Origin: Syntrophorhabdaceae bacterium
Lineage (GTDB): Bacteria > Desulfobacterota > Syntrophorhabdia > Syntrophorhabdales > Syntrophorhabdaceae
Direction of reading: 5' to 3'
Assembly (NCBI GenBank): GCA_963665295.1
Contig: OY762209.1
Span: 4,320,001 to 4,384,000 of the forward strand
DNA length: 64,000 nt
The notes under the pieces are model-generated. The model was not told the origin of the DNA. It saw nothing but the letters and a program-made list of their open reading frames with translations, and did not search any database. The stretch's first letter is position 1, and every line of letters begins with the position of its first letter. This document shows, in pieces, positions 1 to 9,379 of the stretch. Made by a program: the position numbers and the translations under genes.

Positions 1-6
1 CTTAAC

Positions 7-669
7 CTAGACGAGACTGTTCAGAAAATCCTTGTAATTCATAACCTGTCCAATTTTCGGGAAAATATACTTTTCAGCGTACTCCTGCTCCGTGTCGGTG
101 TCGGTTCCCGTGCAATCGCCGATGACGATGACTCTGTAGCCTTTGTCGTAAGCCGACCGGGAAGTGGACTCGACGCACCAGTTTGTATGGAATCCCACAA
201 TTGCCACCCACTCGATCATGTTCACCCTCAACGTGTAATCGAGGGCAGTGGACCAGAAGGCATCGAGGGTCTTCTTGCCCCTCACTATCAGGTCACCTTG
301 TTTAGGTGTCAGTTCCGGTATTATTTCCGGACCGGGAGTTCCCGCCACCCATGCGCCTGTCACCGCTTTCCCGTGAATCTGCCATCCCGTGGGCATGTCA
401 ATCTCAAGTCCACGGAGACCGCCCATGCCTGGCCCCTCCTTGTCTATTTCGGGAAATCCCGGCTCAAAGGCCTCGAAGGGCACATAGATGATCTTTTTCA
501 CCTTTCCTCTCGCCTTGCCGATCAGGTCAACCAGATTGGGTATTACGTTCCGTTTTTCAAGCTGCTCCGCAATGAACTGGTACATGGAACCACCCGGCTT
601 CAGGAAATCGTACTGCGGCTCAATCAACACTATAGCGGTTTTTGACGCCTCGATCTTTTGTCCATTCAT
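7..669 (-). CDS. Isochorismatase-like cysteine hydrolase
   Basis: Motifs LIEPQYDF, GKKTLDAF and GFHTNWCVESTSRSAYDKG match the family triad, with Glu where Asp is usual. Confidence 0.85.
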   Translation of the reverse strand: MNGQKIEASKTAIVLIEPQYDFLKPGGSMYQFIAEQLEKRNVIPNLVDLIGKARGKVKKIIYVPFEAFEPGFPEIDKEGPGMGGLRGLEIDMPTGWQIHGKAVTGAWVAGTPGPEIIPELTPKQGDLIVRGKKTLDAFWSTALDYTLRVNMIEWVAIVGFHTNWCVESTSRSAYDKGYRVIVIGDCTGTDTDTEQEYAEKYIFPKIGQVMNYKDFLNSLV

Positions 670-680
670 GATTGTCCTCC

Positions 681-1370
681 TTACAAATATTGTTCCAATT
701 TATTTTTGTTCCCTATTTCGGACTTGTCCGTAAGCTCCATTATGACCTTCCCTTCACGCATCATAGTCACTTTATCCGCGAGCATGCCCACAACAGAGAG
801 GTTTTGTTCGACTATTATCATGGAAACTTTGCCCTTCATCATTGCAAGAACGTTCAATATATCGTTTATCGTCCCCGCTGCCAACCCTTCGGTGGGCTCA
901 TCAATAAGAAGAAGTCTCGGATTGCCTATCAGCGCCCGTCCTATGAGGAGTATCTGCCTCTGCCCTCCACTCAGACTCCCTGCCCTCGAGTCCAGGAATT
1001 TCTCGATCTTCGGATAGATACTCACCACCTTTCCTATGGCATCGGACATCTTCTCTTTTGTGGGATACGCGGCCAGCTCAAGGTTCTCCCTTACTGTAAG
1101 CTGAGAAAAAACCCTCTTGTCCTGAAAAACATAACGGATGCCCATGAGGGCGATCTTTTCCGGCAGGACACCTGTAATCTCCTTTTCCTCAAAAACGATG
1201 GACCCTCCGGAAGGTCTCAGGAAACCCGCAATCGACTTAAGCAGCGTCGTCTTTCCCGCACCGTTCCGTCCCGCGACAAATGCCATCTCGCCGTCCGCCA
1301 CGCTGAGACCTATCCCGTGAAGAACCTTGGCGTGCCCATAGGAAACATCCAGGTTTCTTACACTGAGCAT
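681..1370 (-). CDS. LIV-type ABC transporter ATP-binding subunit (LivF-like)
   Basis: Walker A GRNGAGKT, signature LSGGQ, Walker B LLLIDEP, VEQN. Confidence 0.9.
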   Translation of the reverse strand: MLSVRNLDVSYGHAKVLHGIGLSVADGEMAFVAGRNGAGKTTLLKSIAGFLRPSGGSIVFEEKEITGVLPEKIALMGIRYVFQDKRVFSQLTVRENLELAAYPTKEKMSDAIGKVVSIYPKIEKFLDSRAGSLSGGQRQILLIGRALIGNPRLLLIDEPTEGLAAGTINDILNVLAMMKGKVSMIIVEQNLSVVGMLADKVTMMREGKVIMELTDKSEIGNKNKLEQYL

Positions 1371-2137
1371 ACCAGACCCTCCTCTTTCCCCCAGTACACT
1401 TCCCGCACCAGGGCGTTACACAGGACTTCTTCCGGTAGGCCCTGGGCTATCAGCCTGCCTTCATGCATGACACAAAGCCTGTCAACGAGACTCACAATTC
1501 TCGATATCTTGTGCTCGATAAGGAGGAGGGAGAACTTATCCTTCACCCCTTCGATAATCTTTGAGACTTCCACTATTTCGGAATCGCTCAAACCGGCAAA
1601 AGGTTCGTCAAGAAGCAATACCTTCGGATTGAGCGAAAGGGCAACGGCTATCTCCAGTTTCCGTTTGTCCCCGTAGGAAAGCTCAGATGTCATAAGGTAC
1701 GCTTTATGGGCAATCCCCATGGTCTCAAGAGCCTTGAGACATATGTCGGCTATGTGGGACTGGTGCGCGTCGGCAAAGAAGAACCTTCCTGCCGATCCGT
1801 GGGTCTTGCCGAACCTGATCGTGGAGAGTATCAGATTATCCATGACAGGCAAAGAATCAAAGACAGAGACAAGTTGAAAGGTCCTCACGAGTCCCATCAT
1901 CACCCTTTTATGAGGCGGAACAGCAGTGATCTCCTTGCCTGCGAAGAAGATCCGGCCCTCAGTGGGCGGGAAAAGTCCCGTAAGGAGGTTGAAAAAGGTT
2001 GTCTTGCCTGCCCCGTTCGGACCGATTATCCCTATAGCCTCGCCTTCGGTCATCTGAAAGTCTACGCCGTCAACGGCAGCCAATCCGTTAAACCGGATCG
2101 TGACCCCTTTTGTCTCTATAAAGCCATGATCTTTCAT
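1358..2137 (-). CDS. LIV-type ABC transporter ATP-binding subunit (LivG-like)
   Basis: [24 protein letters not shown]-terminal VREVYWG. Confidence 0.9.
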   Translation of the reverse strand: MKDHGFIETKGVTIRFNGLAAVDGVDFQMTEGEAIGIIGPNGAGKTTFFNLLTGLFPPTEGRIFFAGKEITAVPPHKRVMMGLVRTFQLVSVFDSLPVMDNLILSTIRFGKTHGSAGRFFFADAHQSHIADICLKALETMGIAHKAYLMTSELSYGDKRKLEIAVALSLNPKVLLLDEPFAGLSDSEIVEVSKIIEGVKDKFSLLLIEHKISRIVSLVDRLCVMHEGRLIAQGLPEEVLCNALVREVYWGKEEGLVCSV

Positions 2138-2158
2138 AATCCCTCGTTCAAAGGATCA

Positions 2159-2185
2159 GAGGGGCGCGACTGCGCCGCGCCCCTC
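2159..2185 (-). terminator. GC-rich intra-operon stem-loop after the binding-protein gene (attenuating or stabilising)
   Basis: Perfect 10-bp inverted repeat GAGGGGCGCG/CGCGCCCCTC. Confidence 0.55.
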
Positions 2186-2190
2186 ATTCA

Positions 2191-3450
2191 TTAATACCCC
2201 AGAGAAGAGAGGCTCGGGAGGTAATCTTCGCCCGTATAGGCGCCGATGACCTTCACGAGGTCCCACTTTTTGTCCTTTCTCTCTTTTGCGCCTTTGCCCA
2301 TTACCACGTATGCCCCGTATTTAAAGAGCGGTTCGTGGTCGGCTCTCCAGACTCCCTGTCCCTTCATGGAGTCGAACCTGGGATTTGCCATCAGGGCCTT
2401 TGCCATGGCTTTTCCATCTGTTGACTGAGCAAGTTCCATCGCCCGCACCGCTTCTTTGACTCCTTCATAAGCCATGGCCGAATACGGGTCCGGGGGATAC
2501 TTGTATTCCTTCTCGAATTTCTTCGCAAAAGCATCCGAACTCTTCACGATAGCCGCATCAGGAAAGCCTTTCATATCATAGTACCAGGACATGAGCGAGT
2601 ATACACCTTCGAGGGCTTCCGGCGGAACGCCGCTTCCGAAAGCATTCGTCATCCAGTCAAACCATATCTTCGTCTTCTTCTTCAGACCTGTCTCATAGGT
2701 CTGTTTCAGCACGTTGATCGCGTCCACGCCCCAATGGGCCAGCATAACTATATCCGGTTTCTTCTCGCCGATCTTCAACAGATAGGAGGTGTAATCGCTC
2801 GTCCCTACCGGTGACTCCACATATTCCACCTTTATGCCGCGCTTCTCAAAAGCGGCCTTTGCCCCTGCCCACTGATCACGCCCGAAGGCATAGGCAGGCC
2901 CGAAGAATATGATGTTCTTGTAACCCAGTTTGTCAACTATATAGGAGGCTCCCGCGTATCCGGCCGAGTATGCGCTGCCGTGAACTGCAAAGGTGGTCTC
3001 CGCTATTTCATTCTTCTCGAACATGGTAGCCGCTACAACGTTCACCGGAAAGTACGCGATGGGGGTCTTTTTTACCTCCTTGTTCAAGGCCGCGGACAAG
3101 GGGGCAAAGGTCTGCCCTACTATGGCGTTCACCTTGTTCTCGTCCACCAATTCCCTGAACCGGCGTATGGCGATATCCGGCTTCGATTCATCGTCTTTCA
3201 CAAAGAACTCGATGGGGATCTTCTTTCCGCCCATCTTCACCCCGCCGGCAGCGTTCAATTCCTTGATGGCGAGTTTTGCTCCGTCAAGCTGAAGCGGTCC
3301 GATGGGCGACGCCGCGCCGGTAAGGCCGAACATGAGCCCGATTCTGACCTTGTCAGGCTGGGCTGCCCGAGCATTGTCCGCAATCACACCACCGGCCACG
3401 ACAAAACAGATCAGGGAAAAAATCATCAACAACTTCGTCTTTGTGCACAT
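2191..3450 (-). CDS. LIV-family ABC substrate-binding protein
   Basis: Signal peptide ending ARA-AQP; VRIGLMFGLTG and DDESKPD typical of the type I periplasmic binding fold. Confidence 0.9.
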   Translation of the reverse strand: MCTKTKLLMIFSLICFVVAGGVIADNARAAQPDKVRIGLMFGLTGAASPIGPLQLDGAKLAIKELNAAGGVKMGGKKIPIEFFVKDDESKPDIAIRRFRELVDENKVNAIVGQTFAPLSAALNKEVKKTPIAYFPVNVVAATMFEKNEIAETTFAVHGSAYSAGYAGASYIVDKLGYKNIIFFGPAYAFGRDQWAGAKAAFEKRGIKVEYVESPVGTSDYTSYLLKIGEKKPDIVMLAHWGVDAINVLKQTYETGLKKKTKIWFDWMTNAFGSGVPPEALEGVYSLMSWYYDMKGFPDAAIVKSSDAFAKKFEKEYKYPPDPYSAMAYEGVKEAVRAMELAQSTDGKAMAKALMANPRFDSMKGQGVWRADHEPLFKYGAYVVMGKGAKERKDKKWDLVKVIGAYTGEDYLPSLSSLGY

Positions 3451-3463
3451 AACGGTTGCCTCC

Positions 3464-4180
3464 TCATTTTGGTTTTATACCCGTTTCCTCTTTCCTTCCA
3501 ATAGCCTTCTCGCTGGACACCTCCTTCCAATCGGCGGTTTCCATGCTCCTTTGTATCTGAGCTATCATCTTGAGGTTATGATTACGAAAGGCAGCTTCCG
3601 CTTTCTCCTGATCCCTCAACCTGAATGCCTCGACTATCCGGACATGATCGTCGTACAGGCTCGAGAGCACCGGGCTGACGTGTGTCGCAATGGGCCTCAT
3701 TTTGTTCTTCACTGCTTCAAGCATCTCCTGAAGTATCTTGTTGCCGCTCGCTTCATACACCAAGGCATGGAAATCATAGTCCAGTCGCGAGTAGCCTATG
3801 AGGTCCTCCTTTTCCACGACCTTCTTCTGCTCCTCCACACACTTGACCATCTTCTTTACAAGTTTCTCATCCGCATTGGGAATGGCAAGCCTTGCAGCCA
3901 ATCCTTCAAGTACCTCCCGCACTGTATAAAGCTCAATGGCCATTGTGGGGGTCAGAGAAGCCATAAACACCCCGCGGTTGGGCACGTTTTCGAGCAATCC
4001 TTCCTGGATCAGCCGGTGAACCGCTTCCCATACCGGCGTCCTGCTTGCACCGACTTCCTTCGCGATCTGTTCGACGTTTATGCGCATGCCGGGGCCAAAA
4101 CGCTGGTTTGCGATCATGTCCTTAAGAATGGTATAGACCTGCCCGCTTAGCCTCTGTCTACTCACCTTCACCTGCATCAT
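3464..4180 (-). CDS. GntR/FadR-family transcriptional regulator (FCD domain)
   Basis: wHTH motif ASRTPVWEAVHRL..EGL; C-terminal FH...H...H FCD pattern. Confidence 0.9.
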   Translation of the reverse strand: MMQVKVSRQRLSGQVYTILKDMIANQRFGPGMRINVEQIAKEVGASRTPVWEAVHRLIQEGLLENVPNRGVFMASLTPTMAIELYTVREVLEGLAARLAIPNADEKLVKKMVKCVEEQKKVVEKEDLIGYSRLDYDFHALVYEASGNKILQEMLEAVKNKMRPIATHVSPVLSSLYDDHVRIVEAFRLRDQEKAEAAFRNHNLKMIAQIQRSMETADWKEVSSEKAIGRKEETGIKPK

Positions 4181-4186
4181 ACTCTA

Positions 4187-4250
4187 ATTATATTCACGTC
4201 AAGGATAAAGTCAAGTTCTTTCATGAAATATATTTCATATTTCATGAAAT
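4187..4250 (-). promoter_or_regulatory. Sigma-70 promoter of the gntR operon with palindromic operator array
   Basis: Minus strand TTGACT-N16-TATAAT (4214-4187); palindromes TTTCATGAAA 4219-4228, ATGAAATATATTTCAT 4223-4238, ATTTCATGAAAT 4239-4250. Confidence 0.65.
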
Positions 4251-4432
4251 TATTTGTACTCGCCGCGCAGTTCCTTGCAGCGTGGGGCTACAGACGAAAC
4301 GGCGCAAGGCTCGCTCCGGCCGCCGGATGAGGACAAATAATCCGAAGGCCGCCCGGTCCGGAACCGGGACGAGGGAGAAACGTTATCTGCCTTGAAAAAG
4401 GGGGCATAAACTGTTATTATTTTTCATCAATC

Positions 4433-5401
4433 ATGGAAATCCCCGAAAATGAGCTCATAAACCGACTCAAGCGGTTCGAGAGGACGAGCAAAACGACCAT
4501 ACGGGGCATAGGGGATGACGGGGCTGTTGTCGATATGCCTCAAGGCGCCTATGTGTTCGTTCAGGATACGGTGGTCGAGCATGTCCATTTCGAGTTCGCC
4601 TTCATGGACCCCCGCGCGGTCGGCAAAAAAGCGCTTTACGTCAACGTGTCCGACATTCTCTCCATGGGTGCCCTCCCCCTTTACTTCCTTGTCACCATAG
4701 GCATACCCCCCGGCATGTCCTACCGTGACATTCTGAAGCTGTATGGGGGCATGGCGCAGGTTGCGAAAGAATTTAACCTGGACCTTCTCGGCGGCGACAC
4801 CTCGTCTGCAAAATCCGATTTCTTCATCGACGTTTCCATGGTGGGAAGAGTCGTCAATGGCGACAGGTATCTCGGAAGAAACGGCGCGCAAGAAGGAGAC
4901 CTGATCGGCGTCACGGGACCGCTCGGAGAAAGCGCGTACGGTCTTTTCCTTTTAAAAGAGGGGCGCACGCGCACAGGAAAGAACAGGTTCATCGAGCGAT
5001 ATGTGAACCCCAAGCCCCCTTACGGGGTATGGAAGGAGCTGATGGACCAGGGCATACCTTCCGGCATGATGGATATCAGCGACGGCCTCATCATCGACAT
5101 GGAAAGGATGATGAAGGAGAGCAAGAAAGGGGCGCATGTACATTTCGAACAGGTCCCCGTCCCCCACGAACTCGTCCGTCGGAAGAAGGAGACCCTCGCT
5201 CTTTCCGGTGGAGAGGATTACCAATTTCTCTTTACTTTTCCTCCGGACAGACTCGCCGCGGTTGAGACATTGCAGCAGAAGGGAGTGCCCATCTCAGTAA
5301 TCGGCCGGGTCGTAAAGGGCCGGGGGGTGAAACTCTTTAAAAATGGTCATGTTATGTCAATTACGTCAAAAGGTTATGAGCACTTTGGAGACAACACATG
5401 A
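4433..5401 (+). CDS. thiL: Thiamine-monophosphate kinase
   Basis: GIGDDGAV, NVSDILSMGA, GGDT, DISDGL, GGEDY, GYEHF motifs. Confidence 0.95.
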   Translation: MEIPENELINRLKRFERTSKTTIRGIGDDGAVVDMPQGAYVFVQDTVVEHVHFEFAFMDPRAVGKKALYVNVSDILSMGALPLYFLVTIGIPPGMSYRDILKLYGGMAQVAKEFNLDLLGGDTSSAKSDFFIDVSMVGRVVNGDRYLGRNGAQEGDLIGVTGPLGESAYGLFLLKEGRTRTGKNRFIERYVNPKPPYGVWKELMDQGIPSGMMDISDGLIIDMERMMKESKKGAHVHFEQVPVPHELVRRKKETLALSGGEDYQFLFTFPPDRLAAVETLQQKGVPISVIGRVVKGRGVKLFKNGHVMSITSKGYEHFGDNT

Positions 5402-6357
5402 AGAAAGCTACATATGTTGTTGATATTAAGGCTGAATATTCTGATGTTAACGATTTTTTTGTTGTGGTAAAGAAGGGTGTCTTTTCGAGCAAGAATAACA
5501 GCAGGTATATGAGCGTGGCACTCCGTGACAAGACCGGTGTTATTGAGGGCAAAATATGGGACCGTGTAGACGAACTGAACGGTCTTTTCGATAAGAACGA
5601 TATCGTTCGCATCAAGGGCAAGACCCGCATGTACCAGCAGAAACCTCAGATTACCATAACAGACATACGAAAGGTCGAGGAAGGCCTTCCCCTTGAAGCG
5701 ATGAGGGATTTTTATCCGGAAAACGAAGGCGGGGCGGAGCATATCAGAAAACAGTACGGCCTGCTGGTAGAGGGTGTTAAGGACCCCCACATACGGAAGC
5801 TCTTTGCTGCCCTGGAGACAAGAAAAGACATGATCGAGAGGTTCTTCCTCTTCCCCGCATCGGTAGGGGTCCACCACATGTACATGGGCGGTCTCCTGGA
5901 ACACTCCGTATCCATGGCAAGAATGGGCGCTCACACCGCCACCGTGCTCGGGGGGAACCGGGACATTATAGTCGCGGGTTGTCTCCTCCATGATATCGGA
6001 AAGATCGACGAGATGGAACTGCAGGGGGGGTTCAAATACTCGGATAAAGGCAGGCTTTTAGGCCACATCGCCCTGGGCGTAATAATGCTCGAGGCCCTGG
6101 TCGGGGGAATTGACGGGTTTCCCAAGGAAACCGCGGATATTCTCTCTCATATCATCATCAGTCACCACGGCATCGAAGAGTGGGGTTCACCCAAGAAACC
6201 GATGTGTGTGGAAGCTCTCATAGTCCATTATCTCGATGACCTCGATGCCAAGGTCATGGGGGTGAAGGAACATTTCAAAGGAACCCTGGAAGGCGAGCGG
6301 TGGTCCGAGTACCACAGGCTTTATGAGTCCTACTTTTACAGGCTGCCGGAAAGGTAA
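5398..6357 (+). CDS. yhaM: OB-fold + HD-domain 3'-5' exoribonuclease (YhaM/Cbf1 family)
   Basis: LRDKTG..KIWD OB fold; PASVGVHH, GGLLEHS, LLHDIGK, SHHG, WGSP. Confidence 0.85.
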   Translation: MKKATYVVDIKAEYSDVNDFFVVVKKGVFSSKNNSRYMSVALRDKTGVIEGKIWDRVDELNGLFDKNDIVRIKGKTRMYQQKPQITITDIRKVEEGLPLEAMRDFYPENEGGAEHIRKQYGLLVEGVKDPHIRKLFAALETRKDMIERFFLFPASVGVHHMYMGGLLEHSVSMARMGAHTATVLGGNRDIIVAGCLLHDIGKIDEMELQGGFKYSDKGRLLGHIALGVIMLEALVGGIDGFPKETADILSHIIISHHGIEEWGSPKKPMCVEALIVHYLDDLDAKVMGVKEHFKGTLEGERWSEYHRLYESYFYRLPER

Positions 6358-6359
6358 GC

Positions 6360-7097
6360 ATGGAGATCAGAAGGGTATTCGTCGATAAGCTGAAGATAAA
6401 GAACGGCATGGCCCTTCTCGCGGGCCCCATGTACAAATACATTATAAGCGTGCTTAGAAAGGCCGTGGGGGACCGGATAGACCTCATCGACGGGAAGGGA
6501 TATCTCTATCGCTGTATCATTAACAGCATCAAAAGCAAGGAGTTGTATCTCCAGGTCCTCGATGCGGAGCAACACCCTGAAGAAAAAAGACCCAAAGTTA
6601 CCCTGTGCGTGAGCCCTATCAAGGGCCCCCGCATGGATTGGCTTGTTGAAAAGGCTACCGAGTTACGGGTAGACAAAATAGTCCCCACTCTTTTCAAGCG
6701 AACAGTCGTAAGGTTTGAAGAAAAAGAGAAAGAGAAATGTGAAAGGTGGAAAAGAATTACCATAGAGGCATCGCGCCAGTCGGGGCGGTTCACCATACCG
6801 GAGGTCGCGGAGCCAACCCCGTTAAGGGGTATCCTTCCCTACGTCACTGAAGTTGCGAATCGATGGGCCTTCTACGAAAAGGAGAAACAGACCACCATGA
6901 AGGACCTCATCACTGTCCAGACCGACGGGGAGATCTGCGTCGTGATAGGCCCCGAAGGCGGTATCGAGGAGTCGGAAATTGACTGGTTGAAGGAAAACGG
7001 CTTTGCGTCGTGCACACTGGGAGAAAGCATCTTCCGGTCCGAGACCACACCCCTCGTGGTACTCTCCATTATTCTCCACGAATACAGCAAGAGATGA
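6360..7097 (+). CDS. rsmE: 16S rRNA m3U1498 methyltransferase
   Basis: EKATEL, EASRQSGR, IGPEGG, LG..IFRSET SPOUT motifs. Confidence 0.93.
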   Translation: MEIRRVFVDKLKIKNGMALLAGPMYKYIISVLRKAVGDRIDLIDGKGYLYRCIINSIKSKELYLQVLDAEQHPEEKRPKVTLCVSPIKGPRMDWLVEKATELRVDKIVPTLFKRTVVRFEEKEKEKCERWKRITIEASRQSGRFTIPEVAEPTPLRGILPYVTEVANRWAFYEKEKQTTMKDLITVQTDGEICVVIGPEGGIEESEIDWLKENGFASCTLGESIFRSETTPLVVLSIILHEYSKR

Positions 7098-7546
7098 ACA
7101 GGGCCCCCTTCTTTTTGAGATTTATCGCCCTGGCCATCGATATGATGATAGTGGCTTTCTTTTCGGGGATGGTGTTCATAGCCGCTCTCTCGGGTTACCA
7201 TATGGGCGCGGGACAGTTGACTTTCCCCGGTCTTTCTTGTATCCTCTTCATTTCTTCCATAGTCTCTTTCTTTATTTTTCTCTTTTATTTTACCTATCTC
7301 ACCATGGAAGAAGGCGCGACAATAGGGAAAAGTATTGCAGGGATAAGGGTGATAATACGAAACAGGATAGGTGTGGGCATGAGACCGGGGTTCGTAAGAA
7401 GCCTTGTTCGCGCCGTGGCATACATCCTTTCAGTGTCCGCCTGTTTTCTGGGCTTTCTTATGGCCCTCGTTTTCAGGGGATGGACTCTCCACGACATAAT
7501 TGCAGGTACACAGGTGGTGAGGGCGGACGCAGAGGAGGAACCATGA
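7094..7546 (+). CDS. RDD-family membrane protein
   Basis: RFIALAID, ATIGK..AGIRV, TLHDIIAGT; ATGA overlap with the rsmE stop. Confidence 0.85.
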   Translation: MNRAPFFLRFIALAIDMMIVAFFSGMVFIAALSGYHMGAGQLTFPGLSCILFISSIVSFFIFLFYFTYLTMEEGATIGKSIAGIRVIIRNRIGVGMRPGFVRSLVRAVAYILSVSACFLGFLMALVFRGWTLHDIIAGTQVVRADAEEEP

Positions 7547-8181
7547 ACAGGAATGGGAAGGCGGGATGGGGATGCCTCATATTCTTACTCATATGTGTTC
7601 TTGTGGCAGTGGGGCTTTCGGTCCACCCCATCAGTCTGAGATTTATAGGGAACCAGTTCCGGCACGAGGACAGGGTCTCTCCGTCTGACGCCCTGTACAT
7701 TCCCCGCTTTGAGGAAGACAGAAACGGCGAGCTTTACGTAGACGCGTTCAGAGAGTATTGGGCGGGAAGTGGCCGGGTCATTTACATGGAAGACGACAAA
7801 CTTTTCGGCGTAAGCATCCTTGAGTCGGTCCACCGCATGGCGCGGACCAGAGGCATCAAGGAAGCTGTGGTTAAGAAGATGGATATAGAAGGAGAAGGCA
7901 GCCTGGGAGTCCAAAAGGCGAAAAGACGTTTTGCCGCGATGGGTTATAAGAGCGTGGTCGTACTCGTACCCGAGTACGCATCCAGAAGGTTCCATATCCT
8001 GTTCGGCAAAACCACGGGTGATGGAAAGACGGTTTTCCTCATCAAGCCCGTGACCGTCTCCTACTACAAAAGAGACAGATGGTGGAAGGATGCACAATCA
8101 AGGATCATCCTGCTCGGGGAGATGTTCCGTTTGGGATCCGTGTGCGTTGACCAATTTAAATATGGAGAGACCAAGGGGTGA
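7543..8181 (+). CDS. Membrane-anchored hypothetical protein (degenerate YdcF/DUF218-like)
   Basis: SD GAGGAGG, ATGA overlap, N-terminal TM helix; SVVVLVPEYASRR and RWWKD resemble DUF218. Confidence 0.6.
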   Translation: MNRNGKAGWGCLIFLLICVLVAVGLSVHPISLRFIGNQFRHEDRVSPSDALYIPRFEEDRNGELYVDAFREYWAGSGRVIYMEDDKLFGVSILESVHRMARTRGIKEAVVKKMDIEGEGSLGVQKAKRRFAAMGYKSVVVLVPEYASRRFHILFGKTTGDGKTVFLIKPVTVSYYKRDRWWKDAQSRIILLGEMFRLGSVCVDQFKYGETKG

Positions 8182-8284
8182 GCCCTCCGGCCGGGTAGAA
8201 GAGTTACGTCTCCGGCCTCACGCTCGTCTCTTGCCGGGCATTCCGGGCCTCGCCGCTAAAATTAGGAACACTGGTACTTGTTGA

Positions 8285-9337
8285 ATGGAAGAACTTGCCG
8301 CATCCATAGCCTTCTCGAGGCTGAAAAGTCTCAGCAGAATAAAGAAAAGACAGATACTTGACGGTCTTCCCTCGATCGCCCCTCTGTTTGAAGGCCGGGT
8401 ACGTCTTCAGGACGATGCGGTGAAGCAGGAGATATCGGCCTTCAGGAGATGGGACGATATCGATGCGGAACTGACTGCCCTCGCGAATATGGGGGCAGAA
8501 GTGATAACAATAAAGGATAGCACCTATCCGGTCGGTCTCAGGGCCATTCCGGACCCGCCTCTTGTCCTCTACAGGAAGGGGTCCTTCCCTATGGAAGGCG
8601 ATACCATCGCAATAGTCGGGTCAAGGCGGGCAACGGACGAAGGCATGAACCTTTCGGAAAAGATTGCGGATACTCTTTCGGCCCTTGGGGTAACCGTGGT
8701 GAGCGGTCTTGCGAGGGGCATAGACGCCTATGCCCACAAAGGGGCTTTGAGAGGCAAAGGAAAGACCATCGCAGTCCTGGGGTGTGGTTTGAACATATGC
8801 TATCCCTGGGAAAACAGGCGACTCTTCGACCGCATAGGGGAGGAAGGGGCGATAGTGAGCGAATATGGTCTTGGAGAAAAACCGCTTCCCCACCATTTTC
8901 CCGAAAGAAACAGGATCATTGCAGGTCTTTCAAAAGGCGTCCTCGTCATAGAAGCGTCGGAAAAGAGCGGATCCCTCATAACCGCAAGGCTTGGCAATGA
9001 GTACGGAAAAGCCGTAATGGCCATCCCCGGAAGCATATTCAACGAGGGATACAAAGGGACCAACGCCCTTATCAAACAGGGTGCAAGGCTCGTTGACAAC
9101 ATCGAGGATATCATCGCCGAGTGTTTTCCCGGCCTTAAGATAATAAAAGAACAGGCGATTGATATGGACAGCAGAGAAGGTTATATTTATTCAATTATCG
9201 GTCCGCATAGAATTCACGTGGATGATGTGATAGAAAAGAGTAATATGCCGGCAAAGGAAGTGATGGCGGTTCTCACCATGCTTGAGATGAAAGAAGCAAT
9301 ACGTGAAGTGGCCGGAGGATTCTATATCAGAAAATGA
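8285..9337 (+). CDS. dprA: DNA-protecting protein DprA
   Basis: AIVGSR, VSGLARGID, FPERNRIIAGLS, SGSLITA. Confidence 0.95.
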   Translation: MEELAASIAFSRLKSLSRIKKRQILDGLPSIAPLFEGRVRLQDDAVKQEISAFRRWDDIDAELTALANMGAEVITIKDSTYPVGLRAIPDPPLVLYRKGSFPMEGDTIAIVGSRRATDEGMNLSEKIADTLSALGVTVVSGLARGIDAYAHKGALRGKGKTIAVLGCGLNICYPWENRRLFDRIGEEGAIVSEYGLGEKPLPHHFPERNRIIAGLSKGVLVIEASEKSGSLITARLGNEYGKAVMAIPGSIFNEGYKGTNALIKQGARLVDNIEDIIAECFPGLKIIKEQAIDMDSREGYIYSIIGPHRIHVDDVIEKSNMPAKEVMAVLTMLEMKEAIREVAGGFYIRK

Positions 9338-9379
9338 TGAGGCCGAAAAGTAAGGGAGTTACGCGGAGGCAGAGAACGA

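Noticed and set aside
672..1676. 334-aa plus-strand ORF and many similar antisense ORFs across the window
   Set aside because: Shadow frames of well-supported genes on the opposite strand
7003..7542. N-terminal half of the 392-aa ORF 7003-8181
   Set aside because: Overlaps rsmE and the RDD gene; the SD and ATGA coupling place the real start at 7543
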